44,839 bases of DNA. It comes from an uncultured bacterium. GTDB taxonomy: Bacteria; Abyssobacteria; SURF-5. A program made the position numbers and the translations under genes. Position 1 is the stretch's first letter, and each line of letters begins with the position of its first letter. Under the pieces are notes generated by a model. That model had not been told where the DNA came from and did not search any database. It saw nothing but the letters and a program-made list of their open reading frames with translations. The stretch is from contig CAZSKP010000034.1 in NCBI GenBank assembly GCA_964607485.1, forward strand, positions 1 to 44,839, read 5' to 3'. This document shows, piece after piece, positions 26,988 through 37,321 of the stretch.

Positions 26988-27712
26988 CGAACCGACTCGT
27001 AAAGGAGAACGGCGGCGGCCACGCTGGCGTTGAGCGAAGAGATTTTTCCCCCCATGGGGATGCGCGCCGTCAGCTCGCACTTGCGCCGAACGAGCGACCT
27101 GAGACCCGTCCCTTCGCTCCCTATGACGAGCGCCGTTGGCAGCTTGAAGTCGATCTCGTACATCGTCGTATCGGCGTCGCCCGCCGCGCCCACCGTTTGG
27201 ATGCCGTTTTCCTTGAGCCTGTCAACAGTCGTCGCGATGTTGGCCACTCTCGCCACCGGAACGTATTGCGCGGCGCCGGCTGACTGTTTGGCGACGACAG
27301 GGGTCAGGCCGACCGACCTGTGGCGCGGGATTATCACCCCGCTGACGCCCACCGCCTCGGAGGTCCTCAGTATCGCGCCGAAGTTCTGCGGGTCGGTGAT
27401 GCCGTCGAGCACGAGTATCAGCGCGGGCTTCCCTTTGGGGTAGAGCTCGATGAGTTCGTCTGCGTCGGCGTAGCTCACGGGAGCCACCGAGGCGACCACT
27501 CCCTGGTGTGCGGCCTCGGGGGCGTATCTCTCGAGCGCTCGTCTGGGCAAGGTCTTCGTGACGACCCTGTGGCGTCGGGCCAACTCGCGGATTTCATTCG
27601 TCGTTCGCCCTCGGCTGCCTTCCGCGATGAAAAGCTTGCTCACGCGGTCCGGCGACGAACGCAGCACCTCCAGGACCGCGCGCCGCCCGTAGATGTGTCC
27701 CGATTCCTCCAT
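26936..27712 (-). CDS. rlmB: 23S rRNA (guanosine-2'-O)-methyltransferase RlmB
   Basis: IYGRRAVLE, HQGVVA, LDGITDPQNFGAILR, GSEGTGL and SLNASVAA SPOUT motifs. Confidence 0.95.
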   Translation of the reverse strand: MEESGHIYGRRAVLEVLRSSPDRVSKLFIAEGSRGRTTNEIRELARRHRVVTKTLPRRALERYAPEAAHQGVVASVAPVSYADADELIELYPKGKPALILVLDGITDPQNFGAILRTSEAVGVSGVIIPRHRSVGLTPVVAKQSAGAAQYVPVARVANIATTVDRLKENGIQTVGAAGDADTTMYEIDFKLPTALVIGSEGTGLRSLVRRKCELTARIPMGGKISSLNASVAAAVLLYESVRQRAGLSSNRSITSNPP

Positions 27713-27778
27713 GCATTCGCTTTCTATGTTGCCGGATCTGCCTTTTCCGACAACTCTACCCTTTCGTGGCGCAAAAAA

Positions 27779-29986
27779 TCAAGAAGCGGGGCGGGGAGGT
27801 CTCCGTTGCGTGCCGATTTCGCCTCTGAGGCGAGCGGAGAGGTGGGAGTGGCGGTGTTGGATTCGAGCGTTCTTGATCGCCGTCGACAGAGCGTTCAAGG
27901 AACCGACCAACACGACCAGTTCCTTCGCACGGGTGACCGCGGTGTAGATGAGGTTGCGTTGAAGGAGCACATAGTGTTGCGTGATGACCGGCACGACCAC
28001 GGCTCGATACTCCGACCCCTGAGACTTGTGAACTGAGATGGCGTAGGCAAGCTCGAGTTCGTCGAGCTCCGAAAATTCGTACACGACGACCCGACCGTCG
28101 AAATCGACGGTCACCTGTTGCGAGTCATTGTCTATCGAATGAATCAGCCCGAGGTCGCCATTGAAAACCTCCTTTTCGTAGTTGTTTCTTATCTGCATCA
28201 CCTTGTCCCGCAGCCTGAATTTCCGGGAACCGAGCGCGAGTTCCCGGCCCGAAGGATTGAGCAGCCGCTGGAGCCTCGAATTCAGGTCGGAAACCCCTGC
28301 GGGTCCCTTGTGCATCGGGCTCAGAACCTGCACGTCGAGCACCGGGTCCATCTTGAACGCGCTCGGGATGCGGCTCGTGACGAGCGTTTCAATAGTGGAG
28401 GCGACCTCTTCCGGACTTAGCCTCTCGATGAAGTGAAAATCGCTCTTGCGGGTTTCCTCTCCCCGTGAGGTGAGCGGTTCCTGCCCCCGGTTAATCCTGT
28501 GGGCGTTGCGGATGATGAGGCTGCCCTCGGCCTGTCGAAAGATCTCGGTGAGCCTCACCACGTCGGCGAATCCGGATTCGAGCAAGTCTCTGAGCACATT
28601 GCCCGGACCGACCGAGGGGAGCTGGTCGGCGTCGCCAACGAAGATGATGCTCGCCTCCGGCGGCATCGCCTTGAGCAGGTGGTACAGGAGAACGATGTCG
28701 AGCATGGAGGTCTCGTCTATGATGAGAAGGTCGCAATCAAGCGGGTGGTTCTGATCTCGCTGGAAATTCATCTTGGCCGGACTGAATTCGAGCAGTCGGT
28801 GAATGGTGCTGGCCCGGATGCCGGCGGTTTCCTCCATTCTTTTCGCCGCCCTGCCCGTGGGAGCGGCAAGCTGCACCCGCTGTTTCTTCGCGCCGAATAT
28901 CTCGACCAGCGCCCGTATCAGAGTCGTCTTGCCCGTGCCCGGCCCTCCCGTGATGACGAGCAGCTTGCTGTCAACCGCCTTGTGTATCGCTTCGCGCTGA
29001 CCTTGATTGAGCGTAATGCCCCGTCGTTTTTCAAACCATTTCGATGCCTTTTCGGCGCTGATTGACGGCAGCAGTTTGAGCGAACTGCGCAGGCTTCTGA
29101 GCAAGTCGGCCGCGCCAATCTCAGCCGTGTAGAGGTGGGCAAGATAAACGAATTCATCGCCGTTCGCTTTCTCGAGCGTGATCTTTCTTTCGTTCGCAAG
29201 TGCCACTACGGCGTCGTCGATGATGGAGCGGGGAAGCTCCAACATTTCCTCACACTTCTCGATGAGCGAGTCCATGGGGAAGCACACATTGCCCTCGCCG
29301 GCTCTCTCTCCCAGTACGTGAAGCGCCGCCGCCGCGGCACGCGCGGGCGAGTCGTGCGGGATGCCCATCCGCCGCGCGATCGAGTCGGCCTGTTTAAAGC
29401 CGATGCCGTGAATGTCGTACGTCAGGCGGTACGGGTCTTCGCGGACGAGGCGGCTCGCATCAGCACCGTATTGCTTGATTATCTTGGTCGCGTAAGCAGG
29501 GGTGATGCCGTGTGCCTGGAGCGAAATCATCGTCTCGCGCAGGTCTTTGTGCTGTCCCCAGCCGGAAACGATTTTCTCCAGCGTTTTCCGGCCTATGCCC
29601 TGAACCTCCCGAAGGCGTTTCGGCTCCTCGTCGATCACGCGGAGCGTGTCCGCGCCGAAGCGTGCGACAATCCGCTCGGCCGTCACGGGCCCTATTCCCT
29701 TTATCATGCCGGAGGCAAGGTATTTTTCGATGCCCTCGGCCGAGGAAGGCGGGATTATATCGCACTGCGCTACCCTGAACTGCGGGCCGAACTTGGGGTT
29801 TTCCTCCCATGTTCCGTGCGCGCGTACATGTTCGCCCTCGCGGGCGTCGGCCAGATGTCCGACAACCGTCACCGGCTGGGCACCGTGTCCGGGAATCAAG
29901 CGGGCGACCGTGTAGCCGTTTTCTTCGTTAAAGAAGACGATCTTCTCGATCGTGCCTTCGACGATGTGGCTGCTTTCCGTTGTCAT
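27779..29986 (-). CDS. recD2: ATP-dependent RecD-like helicase RecD2
   Basis: NEENGYTV, YLASGMIKGIGP, GIGFKQAD, TGGPGTGKT, APTGRAAKR, DETSM and YAISVHKSQGSE. Start taken at ATG 29986, downstream of its promoter. Confidence 0.95.
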   Translation of the reverse strand: MTTESSHIVEGTIEKIVFFNEENGYTVARLIPGHGAQPVTVVGHLADAREGEHVRAHGTWEENPKFGPQFRVAQCDIIPPSSAEGIEKYLASGMIKGIGPVTAERIVARFGADTLRVIDEEPKRLREVQGIGRKTLEKIVSGWGQHKDLRETMISLQAHGITPAYATKIIKQYGADASRLVREDPYRLTYDIHGIGFKQADSIARRMGIPHDSPARAAAAALHVLGERAGEGNVCFPMDSLIEKCEEMLELPRSIIDDAVVALANERKITLEKANGDEFVYLAHLYTAEIGAADLLRSLRSSLKLLPSISAEKASKWFEKRRGITLNQGQREAIHKAVDSKLLVITGGPGTGKTTLIRALVEIFGAKKQRVQLAAPTGRAAKRMEETAGIRASTIHRLLEFSPAKMNFQRDQNHPLDCDLLIIDETSMLDIVLLYHLLKAMPPEASIIFVGDADQLPSVGPGNVLRDLLESGFADVVRLTEIFRQAEGSLIIRNAHRINRGQEPLTSRGEETRKSDFHFIERLSPEEVASTIETLVTSRIPSAFKMDPVLDVQVLSPMHKGPAGVSDLNSRLQRLLNPSGRELALGSRKFRLRDKVMQIRNNYEKEVFNGDLGLIHSIDNDSQQVTVDFDGRVVVYEFSELDELELAYAISVHKSQGSEYRAVVVPVITQHYVLLQRNLIYTAVTRAKELVVLVGSLNALSTAIKNARIQHRHSHLSARLRGEIGTQRRPPRPAS

Positions 29987-30046
29987 CGATTTGTTGTTGA
30001 TTGTGCCGGGCCTCGGTTTGTCTAATTCGGCCGTCCAGGTCGGTTC

Positions 30047-30075
30047 ATTATATGACAAGAGCAACGGGCGTTCAA
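30047..30075 (-). promoter_or_regulatory. sigma70 promoter for recD2-rlmB
   Basis: Minus strand TTGAAC-17 nt-TATAAT. Confidence 0.7.
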
Positions 30076-30099
30076 ATTAGGCCCGGCCCGGCGTAGTTT

Positions 30100-30129
30100 T
30101 TGACTTTGGCCGGGGCTATCGAATATCAT
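30100..30129 (+). promoter_or_regulatory. sigma70 promoter for the fourth YfhO-like gene
   Basis: TTGACT-18 nt-TATCAT. Confidence 0.6.
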
Positions 30130-30187
30130 GGGGCGCGGTCGCCGTGCGGCGAAGCGGTAGGAAGAGCTTCGAAGAGATAGCGAAGAT

Positions 30188-32383
30188 ATGAACGAACCTG
30201 GCGAGAGCAGGTCTAGACTATTTGACCGGCGCGACGCGATTGTGGTCGCCGTGCTTGTGGCAGTGATTCTTCTGTATTTCCGGTCACTCCTGTGGACGGA
30301 CAGTTTTATTTACGGGGAGTTGGACATACGCCGCCATTTCTATCTCTTCAAGAAGGTCTCTTACGAACTCATGCGGGGGGGCGAACTGCCGCTTTGGATA
30401 CCGTACCTGTATTGCGGCATGCCGCTGCTTGCCGCCCTGCAGGTGACGCCGTTTTACCCGCCCGATCTCGCGTTCATGCTTGCGAGGGTTCCTCTGAATA
30501 TGGCGTTCAACTGGGACCTGCTGGCGCATCTCGTTGCCGCTCAAGTGTTTTCGTTTCTCTTCTTCAGGCGGCTGCTTCGCCGGCGTGTGGCGGCGGTGTT
30601 CTGTTCCATGTGGTTTTGGAACGCGTTTTTCCTGGGCTCGGTCATCATCGGGGATGCGCTGAACATAAGGGCGATGCTTCTCGTGCCGGCCGTTTTCTAT
30701 TTCACCGAGGCGGGCCTGGGGGAGGGAGGCCGCCCGCGTCATTTTCTGTTTGGGGCATTAGCCCTATCCATGCAAATGCTGTGTGGCGGGCTGCAGTTCA
30801 CGTTTTACACGATGGTGGCCATAACGGCCTATGCCGCGTTCCTGCTCGTGGCTCGCGCGCGCCGGGGAGATGAAGTCGCAAGGCCCCTCGTCTGGTTTGG
30901 GGTGCTCATCATAGTTGCGCTTGCGATGGCGTCCGTGCAGTTGCTTCCCCAATGGGAATACAGTCGTCTGAGCGTGAGGGCCACCGGGATTCCGTGGTTT
31001 AAGGTGTGGGCGCTGAAACCTTACCAACTGGTTGACTACATCGTGCCCATGTTCGAGGGCGAGGGCACGGCGCACGGCTACTTCGGGATTGTGGCCATCG
31101 TTCTGGCCGCATACTCTCTTCCGTTTTGGAAGGACTCCCGAAAATATTTCTTCCTGGCCTTGGGAGCGGTCTCCATAATCTACTCGCTTGGAGGGAACAC
31201 GGTCATATCATCCTACCTGGCCGGTCTCCCTCTTGTGAGAGGTTTCAGGGGTCCGTTCAGGGCCGCGATACTGTTCAATCTGTCCGTGTTCGTATTGGCT
31301 GGGGGCGCCTTGGTCAGCGTTTCGGATTCCGATGGCGGCCGCCCGAGGGGGCGACGTCTAATCAGTTTCGGCATAGTGAGCATCCTGCTCGTAGGTGGAT
31401 TCATTGCGGCGGCATTATTTTCGCGCAGCTATTCTGATGCGGCCAGGAAGGGCATTGTGAGTTCCGCCGTGTTTCTGGCGCTGTCCATTCCGGCCGCATT
31501 CGTCCTTTTCTTCTCCAGCCGGCTCAGGACTGTCGGTTCACTGGCGCTTATCGCATTGCTTGCGGGCGACATTGTCGTTAACTATGGGAACTCCTACTCT
31601 CCCACGTCTCTGTCCACAGTGACCGAGAAGGACTGGGTCGTCGACCGTTTGAAGGAAGACAACTCCACGTCGAGAATCGCCGTTTACAATACGCCGCATG
31701 CGAACTATTTCGGGCTGTTCGGGATAGAATCAGCCAACGGGCATCATCCCTTTCCGACGGCACGCTGCGCGCGGTTTCTTCCGCTGCTGAAGAAACCCGC
31801 GATAGCCTCTCTCGCCGGGGTGAAGCACAACGTGATCTATGCGCTTGACGAGCGAGGCGTCCCCTATAATCCGCCCGTCAAACGCCCCGACCAGGCGTTT
31901 ATCCAGACGTTGCCGCTTGCGCCGCTGCCCCGGGCGTTTCTTGTGGGCAAGTACAGAGTCTTGCCGCCGGAGCAGGTTCTGAGTGTGATGCAGGAGCGCG
32001 AATTTGACCCGAGCAGGGAGGTGCTCCTTGAAGAAGCGCCCGTCGGTCTCGGGCCACCCGTCGAGCTTCCGACAGAGGGTGTGGTGACCATCAGGTCGCG
32101 CACAGGAAATGAGATTATTCTCGATACGGCGTGTGAACATGAGGCGGTGCTGGTGTTGTGTGAGTCCTACTATCCCGGATGGCGGGCGGAAGTTGACGGA
32201 AAAGCGGCGCAGTTGCTGACGGCGGACTACGTGTTTCGCGCCGTACCTCTTGCAGAAGGCAGGCATGAGGTGGTCTTCAGGCTCAGGCCGATGAGCTTCA
32301 TTGTTGGTACAGTGATCTCGTGTATGGGGATCGCCGCCTGGCTAGTGTGGGCGTTCCTCTTGTGCATAAGGAGAAGCTGCTGA
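30188..32383 (+). CDS. YfhO-family polytopic membrane protein
   Basis: GELPLWIPYLYCGMP..PFYPP, QLLPQWEYSRLSVR, PLPRAFLV, ESYYPGWRAEVDG..DYVFRAV..GRHEV. Confidence 0.87.
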   Translation: MNEPGESRSRLFDRRDAIVVAVLVAVILLYFRSLLWTDSFIYGELDIRRHFYLFKKVSYELMRGGELPLWIPYLYCGMPLLAALQVTPFYPPDLAFMLARVPLNMAFNWDLLAHLVAAQVFSFLFFRRLLRRRVAAVFCSMWFWNAFFLGSVIIGDALNIRAMLLVPAVFYFTEAGLGEGGRPRHFLFGALALSMQMLCGGLQFTFYTMVAITAYAAFLLVARARRGDEVARPLVWFGVLIIVALAMASVQLLPQWEYSRLSVRATGIPWFKVWALKPYQLVDYIVPMFEGEGTAHGYFGIVAIVLAAYSLPFWKDSRKYFFLALGAVSIIYSLGGNTVISSYLAGLPLVRGFRGPFRAAILFNLSVFVLAGGALVSVSDSDGGRPRGRRLISFGIVSILLVGGFIAAALFSRSYSDAARKGIVSSAVFLALSIPAAFVLFFSSRLRTVGSLALIALLAGDIVVNYGNSYSPTSLSTVTEKDWVVDRLKEDNSTSRIAVYNTPHANYFGLFGIESANGHHPFPTARCARFLPLLKKPAIASLAGVKHNVIYALDERGVPYNPPVKRPDQAFIQTLPLAPLPRAFLVGKYRVLPPEQVLSVMQEREFDPSREVLLEEAPVGLGPPVELPTEGVVTIRSRTGNEIILDTACEHEAVLVLCESYYPGWRAEVDGKAAQLLTADYVFRAVPLAEGRHEVVFRLRPMSFIVGTVISCMGIAAWLVWAFLLCIRRSC

Positions 32384-34204
32384 AACCTGAGCGAGGAAAT
32401 CCCCCAGGTCAGACGCCAGTGAAGTCTCGGGAGGGGATTGATAGCGCAGGTAGACCTCACATGTCTTGCAATCGGGCCTCCGCGTGTTTGAACTAGATGG
32501 GCCTTCAAAGTGGGATACCCAGCACGGGGCAGCCGGCTGCCAGGCTGACTCATCAGTGTGTTTCGAGCATCTGCTGAACGCCTCGGTGGGCAGTATTATG
32601 GAGAAAACGGTTCCCTTGGACTCCTCGCTGTACACGGCCGTAAATCCGTGATGCTGCTCTATTATTGAGTAGTTGATGGACAATCCCAGGCCGGTTCCCT
32701 TGCCCGGGGCTTTGGTTGTGAAGAAGGGATTGAAAATGTTGTCCATAATATCGGCCGGTATCCCTCGGCCGGTGTCCATCACCAGAATCTGCACATAGCG
32801 TCCGTCGGCCGCCGGGGCCGCCCTTATCTTGACCCAGCCTCCGCCCTTTTCATCCATGGCGTCTTTGGCATTTGTGAGAAAGTTGAGGAACACCTGATGA
32901 AGCTGGTTGGCATCCCCGTACACGCGGGGCAGGTCATCCTCGCTTTCGGCGATGATTTCGATCCGGTGCTGTCGGAATTGTTCGCTGATGAGGATGAACG
33001 AATCGCGGATAGGCTGGCGGATGTCCAGGAAGCCGTATTCGAACTTCGATTGTCGCGCGAGGTTCCACATCGTTTCCGTAATTTCCTTCATGCGCGATGC
33101 TTGTCTATCGATTTGAAGCAGGCGGGGTCTGAGAATGCTGTCCTCGGGGACCATGCTGAGAAGGAGCTGGGCGTAGCCCTTGATTCCGGCGAGCGGTTGG
33201 TTGAGCTCGTGCGCCACGCCGGCGCCGAACTCGCCCATCGCCGCCATCTTGCCGGCCTGAATCAGCTGAGCCTGAGCCTTTCGGAGCTCTGCGTTGGCGA
33301 GTTCGAGCTCTTCGTTTGCGCGTTTGAGCTCGTGCGTCCTTTCGCGCACCCGTTCCTCGAGCGTGTGACTGTGTTCCTTCAATTCCGCGTGGTATTTTTG
33401 CAGGTCCACCGCCATCTGGTTGAAACTGGCCGCGAGTTCTCCTATTTCATCGGTTGTGGTCGCGACGACACGCTGCGATAGGTCGCCCGCAGCAATCTTT
33501 TTGGTGCCCTCGGCGAGTTGTCGGATGGGTTTCACCGTGAGCCTCACCAGTGGAACGGTTATCAGGATGCCTGCAAGTGCGACCGCCATGGCGATAGCGA
33601 TGATTATCTGTTGAATTCTCTGGAGCTCGCGGAACGGCCTGGCGCTTGAGAGTATGGCTCTGACTGTCCCTATTTGAACGTTTTCGCCCCTGTCCTCGGC
33701 CGAGGCGTCGCCGCCAAACATGAGACCTACTTCCTCTCTGTCGCGGTCGACGCGACGAGTGGTTATGGGAACGGAAAAGTCAAAAAGCTGAACGTCGTTT
33801 CCCCGGAGCCGGTACTGTGTCATGTGCATGCCGTCCGGTTCCGAGACCTCTCTGATGGGCTCCGCAAATCGGCTCTGCGCCGGGTCGGCAAATTTCGGAT
33901 CGGTAGCCATATGGGCGAGCACCCTGCCTTCATTGGATTTTATCTCAGCGCTGACGACATCCGAATCTTCGGCCAGCAGCTTGACGAGCAGGTTTAAGTG
34001 TTGAGTGTCGGAGAAGAGAACGCCCGATTCGCTGTTGTGCGCAAGATTGATCGTCATGGAGCGTCCCCTTGTCTCGAGTTCAGCGGCTTCCTGCGCTTTG
34101 ATTGCGTTATAATAGTATGCGCTCAGAATTATGGTTGTGCAGGATACGACGGCGGCTATGAGGGTGATGTACTTGACCTGCAGCGTAACACGCGGTTTCT
34201 TCAT
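32342..34204 (-). CDS. Membrane sensor histidine kinase (HAMP, HisKA, HATPase) with Cys-rich C-terminal tail
   Basis: Two TM helices, [41 protein letters not shown] and [15 protein letters not shown]. Confidence 0.93.
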   Translation of the reverse strand: MKKPRVTLQVKYITLIAAVVSCTTIILSAYYYNAIKAQEAAELETRGRSMTINLAHNSESGVLFSDTQHLNLLVKLLAEDSDVVSAEIKSNEGRVLAHMATDPKFADPAQSRFAEPIREVSEPDGMHMTQYRLRGNDVQLFDFSVPITTRRVDRDREEVGLMFGGDASAEDRGENVQIGTVRAILSSARPFRELQRIQQIIIAIAMAVALAGILITVPLVRLTVKPIRQLAEGTKKIAAGDLSQRVVATTTDEIGELAASFNQMAVDLQKYHAELKEHSHTLEERVRERTHELKRANEELELANAELRKAQAQLIQAGKMAAMGEFGAGVAHELNQPLAGIKGYAQLLLSMVPEDSILRPRLLQIDRQASRMKEITETMWNLARQSKFEYGFLDIRQPIRDSFILISEQFRQHRIEIIAESEDDLPRVYGDANQLHQVFLNFLTNAKDAMDEKGGGWVKIRAAPAADGRYVQILVMDTGRGIPADIMDNIFNPFFTTKAPGKGTGLGLSINYSIIEQHHGFTAVYSEESKGTVFSIILPTEAFSRCSKHTDESAWQPAAPCWVSHFEGPSSSNTRRPDCKTCEVYLRYQSPPETSLASDLGDFLAQVSAASPYAQEERPH

Positions 34205-34227
34205 CGCTCTACCTGTCTACCGTCTCG

Positions 34228-35205
34228 CTATTCGAAAATCTGCGAAGCCTCGTCAATCACGTTCTGGGGGATTTTGAGCCTGATGTGGTTTGCAACACGC
34301 AAGTTTAGTGCCATTTCCACCTCTCGCGGTGTTGCGACGGCAATATTTCCTGGCTCTGCGCTGTCGAGTATTTGGAGGGATATTTCGCCCGCGAGTCGGC
34401 CATTGTCGCGGTAATCGGCGGTCAGCGCGACAAGGGCTCCGGCCCTGACAAACCCGTTATGGGGACCCATGAAGGGTATTCCCCTGTGAACCACCTGTTC
34501 GATGATGTATCTTGTGGAAGGTCGTGTGAAGACTTTGCCATCGGCGACCGACCAGAGCGCGTCAATCTTCTGCTTTTCAAGCCTGCTGAGCGCATCCGGC
34601 ACGTCGCTCTCGGAGGTCACCGGTTCGGCGAGCAACTGTATGTTCATCGATTTGGCCACTCGCTTTGCTTCCTCGATTACGGGAAGCGTTTCCTCGGGGC
34701 TGTAGAGGACTCCCACTCGCTTCAAGTTGGGCACGATCTTCGACAGCGTGCGCAACTGGCGTTCGATGGGCACATCCATGGCGGCACCCGTCATGTTGTG
34801 GCCCGGCTTCTCCATGCTGGACACGAACGCGCTCGCCACGGGGTATAGCACCATCGAGAACACGATGGGAGTGTCCTTGAATTTTTCGGACATCACGCTC
34901 GTCGCACGCGAGCCGACGGTGAGAATCAGGTCGGGCTTGAACTTTCTCGTTTCCTCTATTATTTTCTCTGAATCGTCCACATGTCCTTTGAGGTTGTAGG
35001 TGACAATCTTGCATTTGACGCGATGTTTGGACAATACCTCGAAGAATCCATCGAGCGCGACATTGTATTCGGGAAGGTCCCAACTCTTGACGATGGCGAC
35101 CCTGCATTCGTGTTCCGCGGCCAGGGCGGGCGTGCACAAAGATATCGCCATGGCCAAAGCAAGCACACAGAATGCGGTCATCAACCTAAAGTTTCTTTGG
35201 GGCAT
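34228..35205 (-). CDS. Periplasmic ABC-type substrate-binding-like protein
   Basis: Signal peptide ending ALA-A; PDLILTVGSRA, PIVFSMV, NMTGA, KRVGVLYSP, VRAGAL and LNLRVA..L.IP. Confidence 0.88.
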   Translation of the reverse strand: MPQRNFRLMTAFCVLALAMAISLCTPALAAEHECRVAIVKSWDLPEYNVALDGFFEVLSKHRVKCKIVTYNLKGHVDDSEKIIEETRKFKPDLILTVGSRATSVMSEKFKDTPIVFSMVLYPVASAFVSSMEKPGHNMTGAAMDVPIERQLRTLSKIVPNLKRVGVLYSPEETLPVIEEAKRVAKSMNIQLLAEPVTSESDVPDALSRLEKQKIDALWSVADGKVFTRPSTRYIIEQVVHRGIPFMGPHNGFVRAGALVALTADYRDNGRLAGEISLQILDSAEPGNIAVATPREVEMALNLRVANHIRLKIPQNVIDEASQIFE

Positions 35206-35226
35206 ATCTGCCGTTTCCCCGGTCTC

Positions 35227-37221
35227 TTAAAAGCGGGCCTTTACCTGAAAAAGCACCAGCCGCTGGAAACGCTCGCCGGTGGGGAACTCCCGGTGCGAAT
35301 CGTCTAACGCATTCTGGAAAATCAGCGATGCCTCTACGTCTCGTTTTGGGCATTTATAACCAATACGCACGTCCACGCGAGTGTAGTCGTCCAATTCGAC
35401 CTCTGTCGGGACGGTAGTGGCAGGGTCGAAAAAGCCGAATTCCACATCGTCCACAAAGTTCAAGTCTACCGAGCCGTTTAGGCCGTTTTCCATCTCCGCA
35501 TAAACCCCAGCGTTGATCTTATGCCGGGGCGATGACTCGATAACATCGCCCTTTTCGTTCAGCTGGAACTGAACGCCGTCGCTCTTAGCCTTGAGTTCCT
35601 GATAGGAGTAGTTGAGATATCCCGACAGCCGGTCGGAGACGTGATACTCCAGACTGATCTCCCCTCCGTACGCAACGGCCCTTCCCTCGTTCTCATAATC
35701 GAAAACGAAAGGAGGAAAAGGAGAGATTGGCGGCAGGAAGTTGACGTTCCGAAATTCTATGATCTCATCCACGATGTTGTAAAAGGTATCCACTTTGAAC
35801 TGAAGCTTGTTTTCAAGAAAGCGCGTCTGGTAGCCGAGCTCGAACGAGGTTATCTCTTCCGCATTCAGGTCTCGGTTGCCTGAGGCCATGACGGCTCCCC
35901 CGATGTTCAGGTCCAGAAAGGATTCGACAAACGAAGGGTTCCGAAACGCGCGTGCAACCGATGCTCTAAAGACATGGTCGGGCCACGGCTGATAGACGAG
36001 GCTGGCGCGGGGCGAGAAATGGACTCCCGTGAGCGGATGCGAATCGACGCGGAACCCCGCCGTGAGCGTCATGTCTTCCAACATCCTGTATTGGTCCTGA
36101 ACGAATATGGAGAAGAGGTCTTCCTGCTCGTCATCGCCGATGATCTCGTGGGACGTCACACGATTGTGTCTGTAGTTGGCCCCCCAAGTGACCGTGTGTT
36201 TTTCCCACGGCTCGAACGTATTCTGCATCTCGACGTCGAATACGTTGTTGATGATCGATCGCTCTTCATTATCCGGGGCGACAACGTCGATATCGACAAG
36301 ATTGTAAAAAGCTTGAAATTTCCAGTTCTCATAATCGTAGTTCAGCTTGGCGTATCCGAATGTCCCCTCGCGATCGAATCGTGAAACCCGCGTCAGCGTG
36401 TTTCCGTCGCCTTCATTCACACCGGTCGAAAAGTAAATACGGCTCTCCGGGTCGAATTCGTACTTAATCAGAGCGTTGCCTTTGAACATTTCATGGTCGT
36501 TATCGTCCCTGTCATCGAAGGAGTTTGCTTCGTCCCAACTTGCGACAACTTTGTAGCTCCACTGATTGATTACATCGGCATGCATAAATGTCCAGATGTA
36601 AGTATCGAACTCCCCGCCGGTCGCAGACAGGGTTGTTCCCTTCGCCTCCTCGGGCGTTTTAGTGATTATGTTGATCACACCCGAGAATGCGTTGGCTCCG
36701 TACAGAGCCGAGCCGGGACCGCGGATGATCTCGATGCGGTCGATCTCCTCAAGGACGATCGGCAAGTCATCCCATACGACGATCCCAAAGAAATCCACGT
36801 AGGCCGAACGCCCGTCAATGAGAAGCAGTATGTCATTGTTATTGGATTCGTTGAAGCCTCGCGCGGAGATCTGAGCGTCGGATGGAGTGATCCTCAAAAC
36901 ATCCAGCCCGGGGACCCTTCTCAAGATGTCGGCTATGTTGGTGGCCCCGGCGCGCCGAATGTCTTCTGCCGTGATGATGCTGATGGATGATGGCGATTCG
37001 GTGATCGGCTGCTCGCGCTTGGCCGCGCTGATGACTATGGGAACTTCTTCAAAAAGGAGCAGTTCCCTCTTGGGATAGGCTTCCTCGGTCGATTCGGACG
37101 TTTGAGCTTCGGGTTGGTCGCCGTGAAGAGTCGCTGCATATGTCAGTGAGCTGCAGATTGTCGCTGCGATTGCTAACGCAAGAAAGAAAACTGTAGTGTT
37201 TGGTCCGCCTGTCGCCCTCAC
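35227..37221 (-). CDS. TonB-dependent outer-membrane receptor
   Basis: Signal peptide; plug motifs VISAAKREQ..SPSSISII, LLLIDGR and RIEIIRGPGSALYGANA; terminal Phe (VKARF). Confidence 0.93.
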   Translation of the reverse strand: MRATGGPNTTVFFLALAIAATICSSLTYAATLHGDQPEAQTSESTEEAYPKRELLLFEEVPIVISAAKREQPITESPSSISIITAEDIRRAGATNIADILRRVPGLDVLRITPSDAQISARGFNESNNNDILLLIDGRSAYVDFFGIVVWDDLPIVLEEIDRIEIIRGPGSALYGANAFSGVINIITKTPEEAKGTTLSATGGEFDTYIWTFMHADVINQWSYKVVASWDEANSFDDRDDNDHEMFKGNALIKYEFDPESRIYFSTGVNEGDGNTLTRVSRFDREGTFGYAKLNYDYENWKFQAFYNLVDIDVVAPDNEERSIINNVFDVEMQNTFEPWEKHTVTWGANYRHNRVTSHEIIGDDEQEDLFSIFVQDQYRMLEDMTLTAGFRVDSHPLTGVHFSPRASLVYQPWPDHVFRASVARAFRNPSFVESFLDLNIGGAVMASGNRDLNAEEITSFELGYQTRFLENKLQFKVDTFYNIVDEIIEFRNVNFLPPISPFPPFVFDYENEGRAVAYGGEISLEYHVSDRLSGYLNYSYQELKAKSDGVQFQLNEKGDVIESSPRHKINAGVYAEMENGLNGSVDLNFVDDVEFGFFDPATTVPTEVELDDYTRVDVRIGYKCPKRDVEASLIFQNALDDSHREFPTGERFQRLVLFQVKARF

Positions 37222-37321
37222 CCGCCTCCTCCTTGTTTGTCGTCGCCTCTGCGCTCCGAGGCAAAGAATCTCTCACCCCTGCACCGAACCCGCCACCTGC
37301 TTGGATATCAAGACCTTACAC

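Noticed and set aside
27779-29986. RecD-like helicase as a defence or mobile-element gene
   Set aside because: It has the full RecD2 architecture, sits next to rlmB, and has no nuclease, integrase or defence partners.
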